Part shown: piece after piece, positions 46,210 to 63,026 of the stretch | How positions within the stretch are numbered: the stretch's first letter is position 1 | Layout: each line of letters starts with the position of its first letter | Assembly (NCBI GenBank): GCA_033442325.1 | Contig: JAWQFM010000009.1 | Coordinates: forward strand, 1,802,006 to 1,866,005 | Source: Salpingoeca rosetta | Taxonomy: Eukaryota; Protista; Choanoflagellata | Direction of reading: 5' to 3' | Length of the DNA: 64,000 nt | Notes under the pieces: generated by a model | Seen by the model: only the letters and a program-made list of their open reading frames with translations | Told to the model about the DNA's origin: nothing | Databases searched by the model: none | Program-made: the position numbers and the translations under genes

Positions 46210-47000
46210 ACGCACGACTCGTTCGTAATGGCCGCTGCAAGCACATTTTTCTCACCCAGTGCTTCCGTGATCCCCCCCCCCCCCCAAAAAAAAAAAACTC
46301 CCATGTCTCACTCATGCTTATGTTTTTTTTTTTTTCCTCTGATGCCGTTGATGCTGACCTTGGGGTTGTTCGCACACATTTGCACGTGTGACTTGTGCCA
46401 GCAGTCCCCATTGCTCGTGCATGTGGCGTTTGTTTGTGTTGTGTTGGGGCTGTGTTGGGTGTTGTTTAGTTTGTGGTCTTTCTCTCCCTCCTAACCTGAT
46501 GGTGATGACGAGCATGCGAGACTGTTGGTTGTTTCTTGCTGCTTGTGTTGTGCGCGTTGCTTTTTCCCTAACGTTTGTGGTGCTGGTGGTGATGCCTTTT
46601 TGTGTGTTGCGTGTTGCTTGGGCCCTCGTGCCCGAAATAAACACCCTTCCCGTGGACGCTTCATTGTGTGCGTGTATTGATGATACGTGGGTGCAAGCCA
46701 AAGGAAAATGCACAGGTTGACATGCCCCGTCTTGGGGCAATGCGGTCAGAAAGGTCAAAGGGAGACGCAAACGAAGTGTGCATGTGTGTGTGCGCATGTG
46801 TGTGTGTGTGTGTGTGTGTTTTGAAGTGGTAAAGGCGGCCGTGTTCAGGGTGTGTTTGGTCGGCGTGCACTGGTGTGCTGCGTTGAGCCATGCAAGTCAG
46901 GAGTTGGGGTTTTGCAGGTCAGAACAATGTCAATGTGATGTTGTGAAAACAAGGAAAGGTGTGTTTGCGTGCTTGTGAGTGCGTGGTAACGTAACAGCAA

Positions 47001-49440
47001 TTAGACTTGGCTGTCAACCGTCTCGTGTTGAGTTGCCTCATCTGCATCGTCGTCTTCGTCGTCATCATCAGCATCGCCATCACGGCTGTTGCTGTCGTGG
47101 TGGTTGCTGTTGTTGGATCGAGGACTTGCGTCGCGCTTCGGCGATGTCTGCCGAGACGATGACGATGGTGCTGCTGGCGATGCTCTTGAGGACGACGGCA
47201 GTGATGGTCGCTGTGCGTTGTCTTGGTCAGGTGCGGTGGTCGCCTGGTTGGCACCCGTGTCCTCCTCGTCCTTCCGGGCACCCTCCCTTGAGTGCTTTGG
47301 AGATTCGTGCGTGGAGGAGCCTGGGGACGCAGATGACTGCTTTGGGGTGTGCGGGCTCACCGGCCGCATTGGTGGCATTGCTGTACACGAAGAGTGAACG
47401 GGGCGGAACGGAATGGCAGAGGGGGGTTGGTGATGGGTGAGATCGACAAGGGAGAACAGATAGTTGGCATTGTGTGCGAAGACAGGCAACTTCCACAAAT
47501 GCAAACACTGGGACACTTCGAGCCCGAACAAACGCAAACACAAACACAAACACAAACACAAGCAAGCGCACAAACACAAACACAAGCACAAACAAGCGCG
47601 CAAACCCAAGCAACCAAACACAAAACAACCAAACACAAAACAACCAAACACAAACACAAGCAACCCAGCACCAACAACCAAATACAACACAAGCAAGCGC
47701 ACAAACACAAACACAGGCAAACGCGCAAACACAAACAACCAAAATACAAGGATAATCAAACCAAAACCAACCTCTGGGCGTTGTTGGCGTCTTTGGAGAG
47801 CCGGGTGCCTTTGGCGACACGGGCCGTGGTCCGCGGCCGTCCTGTCGTGGAATTGGGGCACGCTGCCCCTGTGGACGGAGTCGAGGCAGCCGGATGGCAG
47901 ACGGTGCCGCGGCTGGCGACGACACCTGCTGTTGCTGCTGCTGTTGCTGCTGGTGCTGCTGTTGGAGAGGACCAGGGCGGGCACGGGCACCGCGGCTTCC
48001 AGTTACGGGATGGGCGACGCGTGGTGGTGGCATAACGAGGCGAGGCTGAGCACCCTGTTGCTGCTGGCCATTTTGGGATGCGGACACACCCGCAGCTTGT
48101 CCTTTGCCAGACGCAAACGACACGTGCTGCTCGTACTGCGACTCCCTGTGGACTGGCAAGAGGATTTGCTGGCTGGCTTTGCGGGAAGCGACCTGGGACA
48201 TGACGGTGCCGTCTGGCATCTCAATCTCAATGGGGTCTGTCAAGGTGCAGAAGCAGTCGCACTGACAGTCGCCGCGCTTGCACATGATGACGATGAAGGC
48301 GATGATGGCGGCAATGAGCAAGACGCCCGCCACGACTGGGGCGGCGACCCATGCCAGGCTCGGGTCATCGCAAGACCGCAGGCACTCATCTGGACCACCG
48401 CAGTAGCCGCAGGTGCACGAGGCGTCGCACTGGGTCTCCAGGCAGTTTGGGAGCTGCACAAACTCGACGCTGGCGGCGACGCGCTCGAAGCGCATGAGGT
48501 CAATGTAGCAGAGCGTTGGGTTGCGGAAGATGCTCACGGCGCCGTCGATGCGCATTACGCGCTCGAGCCCGTGCAGGTTCTCCAGCAGGTTGTTGTTGGT
48601 GATGGCCAGGTCACCGCCAATCTCCTTCAGGCTGCGCAGCCCGTCCAAATTGACAAGATTGGGGCAGTTCTGCTCACGCCCGTCACGTGTCGTGTTGTGG
48701 CGTGTATGTAGAGGTGAGGGAATGTGTGCGTGTGTGTGTGCGAGAGAGAGAAGAAGGGAATGTGTGCGTGTGTGTGTGAACGTGAATGTGTGTGTTTGTG
48801 AGAGAGAAGAAGGGAATGTGTGCGTGTGTGTGAATTTGTGAAGGTATTCGATGGCTTGCATCTGTTCCATGTCACTGTGCATCGGCGAGTGCCGTGCTAG
48901 AACAACAACAGATGTGTAAGCGCTTGTAACCAACCTGGATGGTGACCGAGCCCGTGATGCGCTCGACGTTCCGAAGAACCTCAAGGTCCTCCACAGCAAC
49001 GGCTATGCACGCAGGGGTGGAATTGTTCAACCGGAGCGCAATGTGTACAAGTGTGAGCAGACTGTGAGCAGACAGCGAGCAGACTGTGCAAGATCACACA
49101 GACAGACATCACAACCTCACATTACAATCAAGACACGGTTGTGTTGCTCACTCTGTACGTCACACACACACACAACACGACACAAGACGAGCTCGCTCGC
49201 ACCACATAAGCCCCGCATCATGACCCAACCTGTGGTGCAGCTGATGAAGAGGTCGCCATTAAGGATGCTGCAGTCTGTGTAAGGGATTTCACCCGTGGCG
49301 CCGTTCTCCAGGTCCGAGATGGTGTGGGTGTTTGTGATATCATTGCATGCTTGTTGCTGTGCACTTGCACCACCCACAACCAGCAGCACAGCCACAAGAA
49401 CAGCACTGACAGTGGCGCCGGTCGTCTTCATCGTTGCCAT
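47001..49440 (-). CDS. Type I membrane protein: receptor L domain + furin-like Cys-rich segment, no kinase, C-terminal PDZ-binding motif (4 exons)
   Basis: Signal peptide; CSILNGDLFI, LEVLRNVERITGSVTIQ|NCPNLVNLDGLRSLKEIGGDLAI..IFRNPTLCYIDLMRF; CDASCTCGYCGGPDEC; TM WVAAPVVAGVLLIAAIIAFIVIM; Pro/Ser-rich tail ending TVDSQV*. Confidence 0.82.
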
Positions 49441-49893
49441 TCTCATTCTTGTGAGGAATATAATTTGCACTGCAAGTCGCTGCGTCTACGTTCGTCCTTC
49501 TCGCCTCGTGTCGTCGTCGTCCCAAGCCAGCAGCACCGCTCACACGCAGCAGCACACGCTCCCTCGCTCGCTTGTGTGCTTGCTTTGCTTGTTTGGTTGT
49601 TTGGTTGTTGTGGGTGATGGCGAGGGCGGCGCAAAACAAAACACAACAACACACGCCAACAAACACAAGCACCAAGCAGATGCGTGCAGGCAACGGAGAA
49701 TCCACTGGAAATACAGCGAATCGTCGATCATGCGACCTGACTCAGCAGATTTTGCAGGTGTCTCAGGCGAGCGAGGGCGAACAAACAAGCGCAAAGCAGC
49801 GACACACTTGTCACACACCCATCATCGCACACACACGCCACGACCAAGGCAGGTCAAGAGCCGACAGCCAAGAACAACAACCGCAAAACCGAC

Positions 49894-53910
<4,017 letters not shown>

Positions 53911-54788
53911 GCAACCAACCAATCCCATCCAACCAATCCAACCACCCAACCAACCAATCCAACCAGGCAACCAACCAGCCAACCGTCAAAGCAACCTTCA
54001 ATTCTCCCCTCTCCTGTTGTTTGCGATGCACTCCTTTTGTTGTCAGGGCACCTATCGAATTGCATTGTTTGGTCCAAGTCTTTGTTTGCTCTGTCTTCTG
54101 TTTGGTTCGTTTGCTTGTGCTGTCGCTTGGCGTTAGTTGTTAGACAGTGAATCGATAGACACACAAAGCACACCGCATGACGTGTGCATTGCTCGTTGTG
54201 GTTGACTGCGCGTTGTTCGTGGTCGAGGGCTTTCGTTGTTTATGCAAACACACACACACGCACACACGCGCACACACACACCTGCCCTCAAACACACCCA
54301 CGTTGTTGCCATTGTTCTGTGTTTCTTTATGTGTGATGATGACTGGTTGTTTGCGTGGGTTGCTCGCCAAAGCAGCAAGGCCACGCGCTCAACATGCTCA
54401 TACACGCACACGCCCAAAGACACAACACAGTCCACGGACGTTTTCTGGTCGACAAAACCACACGCACACGCATGTACACACACACACACACATACACACA
54501 CTTGTACGTTCACGTTCAGGAAAAGCAAAGGCAAGCAAGCAGGACGCAAAACAACGCAGTCTATCGCAAACCAACGCAAAGGAAACAAAAAGAGAAAGGA
54601 CAACAGGCGAGCACGCCGCAGCAGCAGCAGCACAAAACAAATCATGCGTTGGGCCACCATTGCAGAGACAGACGGGCGAGGAGTACATAGGCGGTGGACA
54701 AGAAGCGAGGTAGGTGTGTCATGCGCATGTGGGAGAGAGACAAAGCGGCAGCAATAACGCGATTGGAAGGAGATGGAGGGATGAAACA

Positions 54789-55061
54789 TCAGAGGTCCAG
54801 TTCGGAAATCTCGTCCAGCTCCTTCTTCGCTTGCTTGTACTGCTCCTCCACTTCCGCAAGCTTGTCTGTCGTGACGGTGTGAGTGAGTGCGTGAGTGAGG
54901 TGAAAGGTGAGTGAGGTGAGGTGAGTGGGGTGAGTGAATGAGTGAGGTGAGTGAGGTGAGTGAGGTGAGTGAGGTGAGTGAGTGAGAGTGTGTGCGTGTG
55001 CTCGTAACACGTATCGGTGGTGCATGAAACAAAACACAACAACAACACCAACAACAACACC

Positions 55062-55129
<68 letters not shown>

Positions 55130-55133
55130 AAGC

Positions 55134-55186
<53 letters not shown>

Positions 55187-56653
55187 CCAGCCGTGGCGAG
55201 CGAATAACATGCAGGTCATGTAAATACATGTGCACGTGCATGTGCATGTGCATGTGCATGTCAACGAGCGTGAATGGACACCGGGGGACCGACCTTCGAG
55301 ATCCTCGTTTGCCTTCTCGAGCTCGCGAACCTTGCGTGACTCTTCCTCGTGCATGGTCTCCAACTCCGTGATGCGGGTGTTGAGCTCCCGGATCTTCTCG
55401 CCGCTCTCTTCGTCGGCGGCCTGCGCCTTCTCCTCGCTAATCTCAAGGCTGCGCAGCTCGTTGACAGTCTTTGACAAGACCAAACCAGAGAAGGTGTTGG
55501 AGAGTTTGACGTGGTGTGGTGTGATGTGGTATGAATGGTGTTAACAGCGACGGAAGTGAGTGTGATGGCGGCGGTGGTGATGTGAGCATGTAGAGGAACA
55601 GTCGGGTGGAGAGCACCCTTCGCGCTGGAGCATCGGTTGCGCTCACCACATGGACTCCTTCCCACTTCCCACTGCCCACTTCCTCCTCCCCCCTCTTTCC
55701 TGCCCATCCCCTCACACGTTTCCATTTAACACTCGCGACCCTGACGCCGTGCGTACCTGTGTGAGCTCGTCTTGGAGGGCCTTCACCTTCTCCTCTGCCA
55801 GGTCTGCCCTGTCCTCCGCCTTCTCAAGGTCCGTCTCGCACAGCGTCAGTTTCCGCGACGCCTCGGAGTAGTTTCGCTCGAGCTCCAGGTTGTGGTCGCG
55901 CAGCTTGCGCACCTCGTCCTCAAGGTCGCCCACGCGGTCGCCGTCCGTGTCTTGGGCCTTCTCAAGCACCTGCAGCTGCCGGAACAGGTCGTCGCGCTCC
56001 TTCTCAAGCTCCTGCGCCTTGGTCTGGAACGTGTTTGCCCGCTCTGCAGGTTGGATCGGGAATGGTGTGAGTGAGTGAGTGAGTGAGAGTGAGTGAGTGA
56101 GTGAGAGTGAGGGAGTGAGTGAGTGAGTGGGAGTGAGTGAGAGAGTGAGAGTGAGTGAGTGAGTGTGTGTGTGAGTGAGTGAGTGAGCGAGTGAGAGAGA
56201 GAGAGTGTGTGTGTGTGTGTGTGTGTGAGTGTGTTGGAGGTTGCGCGACCGCGTTTTCTCTGTTCCACTGCACCTTCTGCTTTGTCGAGGTCATCCTCGA
56301 TGAGCGTGTTCTTGCGCTCAGCTTGGATGGCCTCCTGCTCCGCCTGCGCACAGCATCGCATGTAACACAACGTCACATCCACAAGTCAGTGAGGCAAAGA
56401 AGTGCTCACGCATGAACACATACACATATACCTTCACACACACACATATACCTTCACACACACACATACACACACGCACGCACACACACTCCAACTCTCC
56501 CCTGCTCTCTCAAACACACCCAACACACAATGTACGCACCTTTGTTGCGCGATCCTCCGCGACCTTGAGCTTCTGCTTTGTGTCTTCGAGCTCCTCGTGC
56601 GCCTCATCCAGTTCCTGGCGGAGGGCAGCAAACTTGGCCTTGATCTTCTCCAT
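54789..56653 (-). CDS. TPM: Tropomyosin, 240 aa (exons 56653-56540, 56343-56274, 56043-55757, 55468-55294, 54865-54789)
   Basis: MEKIKAKFAALRQE N-terminus, continuous heptads, YSEASRKLTLCETDLEKAEDRADLAE and LRSLEISEEKA. Exon phases join in frame. Confidence 0.92.
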
Positions 56654-57357
56654 GTTTGTAAGTCTGGTTCGGTTGACAAAGTCGTGCTCTGAGACAAGCC
56701 AATACCCAGCGAAGAGCAAATCATGTAAGCGTTCGCAGATAGAGGAGTGCGCTTGCACACGATACTCACAGTGGGTTGCTGATATGTGCTTTGGTTGGAA
56801 GGGGTTCGACACACAAACACACGCACACACACACACCTACACACACGCACGGGCTGTGTTTGTGTTCGCTTCTCACCACCAGTCATCGATCGACTCACTA
56901 AGTGTAACCCATAAATACAAACACATCTTCATGCACGTTCACATCACAGCAAGAGGCCTCACGACACGGTTTCCCCCACAAACACACACACCAGCGACAA
57001 AGATACAACTGCCTCGTTTTTAGCATGAGTGGTTTGCTGGTTGCCCTTCTCCGACCAACCAACCAACCCAGCACCACGGCAAGGCAGCGAGAGCCGAGAC
57101 AGTCACTGCTTGCTTGCTCACTCACCTCGCGTCTCGTCCTTGCTGTGCTCGACTGTTGTGTGTGTATGTGCTTGCAGTGAGTGGGTTTTGTCAGTTTTGC
57201 TGTTGTCGTTGACCGTTTTCCGAATCTGTGAAATCTTCCACAAAAACGCACTGGTACGGGCCCAATTCAGCTCCACGCCGCGAAGATTTCGAATCGTGTG
57301 TTGTGTGGGGGTGGGGGAGGGGGCTGGTGTGTGTGTGCTTGTGTGTGTGTGTGTGTG

Positions 57358-57442
<85 letters not shown>

Positions 57443-58547
57443 CAACTTGGCAACTACTCGTTCATCAGTCCATCACATGTTCATCGAGTCATATTTGTGT
57501 ATTTGGATTGGGAAGAAGAAGAAAAATGAAGGCAGAAACAAAGCAAAACAACGCACCCAGCCTCCCAGCAGCAACTGACTGCTGTAAAGCTAAGAGACTA
57601 AGAGGAGAAGAGCTTCAAAAGGAGAGAAGGATGGGCTTAAAGAGCGCCAGAGCACAGCAGAGGATAGAGAGATCATCACAACTTCACACACGCACAGACA
57701 CACTCATACACAGTGGCGAGACGTGCTCTGATTGATCCACTCTCCTTGAGCTGCTTGCGCTCCTGTCGTCCCATCCTCTCTTGGGGCACTTTAATTGTCC
57801 ACACCAGTACGGCCTGCACGCCGCCTCGAGGCCTTGCTCCGTTGAGCCCCCACCATGCTTATAGCAACAGCACCTCAGCGTCGTGCAGCACATACTATGT
57901 AGTACGCCTGTGTCGTTGGTCTCCTCCAGTTATCAGAGTGGCTGCACACAGAGGAACGGCAAGAGGTGGCTCCATGCGCCCTTAGAGTGCTGTGCTAGTG
58001 CTGTTCGTCAACGAACAGCATTTCAGGCACATCACGTTTCACGTAACCACTCTGCCCGTGTTATGCAGTTATGCAGGTCTCCTGTCTGAGGCAGCATGAA
58101 CGGTGACTGGGTGATCTTTGTTTTCGGAGCGTGCCTCTGGGCCTGTGTCACGTCTCCTTCCGATGTGGCTTTGTGGATCCTCTCTCTTGCTCTGGGGAAC
58201 TGGACAGCCTGAAAGCTTGGGGCTGAACAGCAACAGCAGAATTGTGCCCATTTTGAAACAGCAAGTGCCTGCCAGACCAAAGGGGTTGAGCTCTTCAACA
58301 CAGTGGCAGAGGATAGGGGGGGGGGTGCGCCATCGGCACCGCACTTGCCGTTGTCGTCTCAAACTTCTTTGCTTTGAGCGCACAGAGCACGTTTCCGCTC
58401 TTGCTTGCTTTGTTGTTCTTGTTGCTTTGGCGATCTCGCAGAGCGCGATTGCAGATTTTTGATGGATATCATATGCAATCATCATGACTGTAGCGCACTT
58501 CCCACAACAACAACCACAACACACCCACCAAAGCAAACCACGACAAG

Positions 58548-59631
58548 ATGCCTTTTGGCTTTGGCACCAGCACACGCCGCCGTGGCGACTTCACCGAGGA
58601 GCCAGAGGGCGGCTGGCTGCACGACGATGATGCCCTGGCACTGGGCGAAGGCCTCTTCTATTCCTTTCCACTGGAGGTGAGAGCACAGAGATCGCGTCAC
58701 AGTTGTGCTTTGCGCTTGTTTGTGCTGTGTGCAGTGCACCTCGCGCTGTGTTTATGTTGTGTGGTCACCCCGTCCAGTGCGTGAGGACGACAAGTATGCT
58801 CACATTTGCATGTAACAGTGACCATGTGTTGTGCTTTCACTGCGTGCAATGGTGTTGTGCTGCCATTGCGTGCGATAGTGCCCTTTTACCTTTCCTACCC
58901 TTTGACTCACGACGACAACCACAACATGCACCACAACAATCTACAACCACCACAACATACACCACAACAACAACAATCACCAACCAACAATCAACAACAT
59001 CGTAGTTCCTTGGACACATTGCTGTGAACCAGTCGCTGTCAAAGCTGCCCGTCGGTCGCCGAACTGCTGCCATTCGGTGCGATTTCACAGTCTCTTCACA
59101 CACTGAACGCCTTGCGCTTCTCCATTTGTTGTTGTGCGCTTGCAGCTGCACTGTGCGCTCTTTCCACAGCTTGTGTGGCGCTGCACTCACCCCACCGTTG
59201 CTGCTGCTGCGTGTTGCGATCTTGGCAGGGAGATGATGCGTCGCCTCATGGTGGAATCGAAGCGTCTCAAGGACAAGAAGCCAAAGATCAAAGCCGACAT
59301 CAAGCCTTTCTCAGACGGTAACCAGTGCTGTTTGTCATTGGGGTCGGGGCATGGGACCAAAGCAACGCATGCTGCTGCGTATTCGAATGTCCTCTTGTGT
59401 CGTCCTCTCGTGTCGTCCTCTCGTGTCGTCCTTTCGTGCCTGTTTGTCGCTCATTGTGGCAATCGTTGTGTTGAAACTGCGCAGGCGAGGTGACGGTCGC
59501 CGAGCTGCCCGTGAGCCTCGGCATCGCTGCGGATGGCATGGTTGTGATCCCAAACATTCCCGATGAGAAGGTGGGAGGAACCTGCACGAAACGTGGCGTC
59601 TGCGTGTGTGTGTGTGTGTGTGTGTGCGTGC

Positions 59632-59727
<96 letters not shown>

Positions 59728-61748
59728 GACATTCGTTCTCGCTTAAGTTTCACCGTTGGCTTGGTTGTATCGGTGTCATGTTCACACCCCCGATTCATGT
59801 CATCATCACGACGTGTGGCCACAGGCGGACACGGCCAACCCGCAGATTCTGTTCTACCACTCGATGCCCATGATCTCCATGGCCGCTGGTGGTGACGGCG
59901 ACACATACGAGCTTGTCGCATACGTCGCAAAGGACGAGACGAACTTTCGCGGTATGCATTGCGTGTGCGTGTTCATGCGTGTGTGTCTGACTTGGCTTGT
60001 TCTTGCCTTGTTTGCCACGTGGCTGCGAAACACCGCCAAACTCATGCATGCCCCCACACAATATCACATATTCGCGCGCACACACACAATATTCACATTC
60101 ACATATTCGCACACACATACACACACACAATATTCACATATTCGCGCAGCCGTGTATGTGTTCAACTGTGAGGAGCTGTCAGACGAAGTGCTGGCGACGC
60201 TTGGCCAATCGTTTATCCTCGCGCAGGTAACACACACATGCGTTTGTACGTCCGTTTGCGAATGTACACGCGTGATGAACGCGGGTGTATGTGTGTGCGT
60301 GCATGTGTGCGTGCGTGTGTGTGCGTGCATGTGTGTGCGGGCTGTGGCATATTCTGTCAACAGTTGCCGCCATTCATTCACACCCATGTGCTTCTTCACG
60401 CCAGGAAATGGCGGCCAAGCAGCGTGCAAAGCCGAAGAAGGAGAAGCTGAAGAAGGAGTACTTGGAGACACAGCCCGTGTACGACACCGGCGACGGTGCA
60501 CAGGTCCCCGTCAACAACGAGCCCAAGCAGGAGAGCGGTGCGTATGCGCGGACGGCATGGGGATGTTTGCAAGCAAGCCTGGCATGCGCGTGCGTGTGCG
60601 TGTGCGTGTGCGTGTGCGTGTGCGTGTGCGTGTGCGCGCGCGCGCGTGTGCGTGTGTGTGTGTGTGCGGGTGCGTGTGTGTGTGTGTGTGCAAGCAAGCC
60701 TGGCATATGTGTGTGCACATGTGTGAGCGCCTTTGTGTTCTCCTGATGTCTCGTGCGTGGTGATGTGTCCGGTGCTTGAGCAGTGTACGACACGGCGTCG
60801 CCTGAGGAGCAGCCACAAGTCACCGCCGAGCCGGACTACGATCTCGGCGACAACCAGCGCACGCAGGCGGTGCGGGCAGATGGGGAGGGTTGAGTGCAAG
60901 TGCGTGCCCGAGTGAGTGAGTGCGTCTGTGTGTGCATGTGCGAGAGTGCAAATATGTGTGAGTGCAAATGTGTGTGTGTGTGTGTGCGTGTGTGTACGTG
61001 CCCTTGTGCGCCTGCTACTGTTGCGCGCACACTGCTCAAACCCTCACCTCCAGCACGTGCGTATGGTCATCGTTCCCCAATTTCTCTCAGGACTACGACA
61101 TTCCCGATACGCCCGCCCAGGATCCGGTGAGGTGCATTGTTGTGGTCCTAGGTGGCAATGACGGGGCATGGCTTGTTGTTCCGCGCAGTGTGCATTGTGT
61201 GCAGTGTGCAGTGTGTGGTGTGGTGTGTGCAGTGTGTAGTGTGCAGTGTGCATTGTGATGTATCGTTGGTGCAACCGCCAACATCAGTATCAACATCAGC
61301 AGCATCACCATCACGCATCCTCACGCCGCTGGCGGCACTGCCCGTTGTCACCAGATCTATGACGTGGCTACGCAGGATCTCGTCAAGGCCCTCAACAAGC
61401 GCGATTCCATGCGTCGATCTATTGTAATGCCATGCACGTGGATGGTGGTGATGCGTGGAAGCAGTCGTGCATGGGCGCTCCTGTTCATTTGCTTGCACTT
61501 GCCCCTCTTCTTGTGCCGTGATTTGCTGCGCAACTCACCCAGTGTTCTCACATGTGCGTGTCGTGTCGTGGCTCGTGCGAGCAGAAGCCAAAGAAGTCGA
61601 TGAAGAAGAAAAAGTCGATGAAGAAGTCTGTCAAGAAATCCGTCAAGAAGAAGCCCATTCCCGAGGAACCGGCAGTCCAAGGTGCAGCACTGCACTCACT
61701 CACACGCAGACACACGCACTTATACGCGGACACATGTGGACATACTCA

Positions 61749-61845
<97 letters not shown>

Positions 61846-62233
61846 TCATACACATTCACACGTGCCGTCGCCGCGACTGGCCGTTGATCTGCAGGAGAGA
61901 ATGTGGACCTGAACGATGTGGAGCAGGTGCGGCAGGCCCGCCCGTCTTGGGTTTGCGTCTCGGAAGTCGGAGACACATCGGATCGCGTACGTAGTGGGCA
62001 CGCACACGTGTCGCTCGTTGCCCCTGCCGGTGCTACGCATTGTTACACGCAACCTCACAACCACACACACCCCAAACACACACACGCACACACACACACA
62101 CCCCGAACACTTGCTCACTCTCCCCGTCTTCTCGTGTTTATGTGTGCAGGTGGATCTTGGGTCGCTGCTGCAGCAATTCCGCAGCGCCGCCACGCTCGAG
62201 GAAATCGAAGAGGAGGACGACGACTACGAGTAG
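58548..62233 (+). CDS. Shc-type PTB domain adaptor with multi-tyrosine tail and no SH2 domain (~13 exons)
   Basis: [27 protein letters not shown]|[34 protein letters not shown]|[19 protein letters not shown] matches the Shc PTB pattern. The tail carries repeated YD motifs and a Lys-rich stretch. Confidence 0.85.
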
Positions 62234-63026
62234 TCGCTTCTCGCTGACACACTTGCGCTGGCCATACCCTCTTAATGTCGTTGCTTTGCCCCTTCCCCAC
62301 CCTCAACGCACGCACACTCGCGCACACGCACACCCTGTGCTGTGGTGTGCTCCTGGTTCCACTGCCGTTTTGCTTTGTACGTTTTCACCTCCGTCTTTCT
62401 CGCGCTGTTTTGTGTTGTGTTTTCTTTTGCTTGTGTGTGCTGCGATCAGTTTGTCGAACACCACCACCGCCAATACCATGCGTTCAACATCACTGCCCTT
62501 AACACCACGTTTGCCTGCGTGCTGTTTCCTGTTCACCGTCCGTTGTTCTCATGCCTCCACTTGTGCTGTGCACCCTTTTCCTTGTGCATGTTGCCATGAC
62601 AGTGCTTCCACGTGCGCCTGTGTGTATGTGTGTATGTGTGTGTATGGTTTCTCTTGCCCTGCTTCATCTCTTCTCTCATTGCTTGTTGCCTGCACTGTTG
62701 TCGGTGGATTGTTTGATGGCCAATCGTTGAGCACGCGTGTCGTGCTGTTTGGTTATGTTACACATTTCAACAAGAAACCGCGACTAAAACCACACGCAGA
62801 AGGCATGGGCTGTAGTGAGTATGCACAGTTGAAGAGAGGGAGAAAGGAGGGCGGGGAAGAGATTGAGGTGTCACAAACATACACATGTGTGCATCGACAA
62901 TTCAAATGAAGCAAAGGAATGCCTGAACAGCGCTCAACACACCAAGCACAGACAATCATACACATGCATAGCTCAGTCTTCCACTTGCAGCTGAGCGCAA
63001 GTCACGCCCAGAACTGCTTGCACAGC

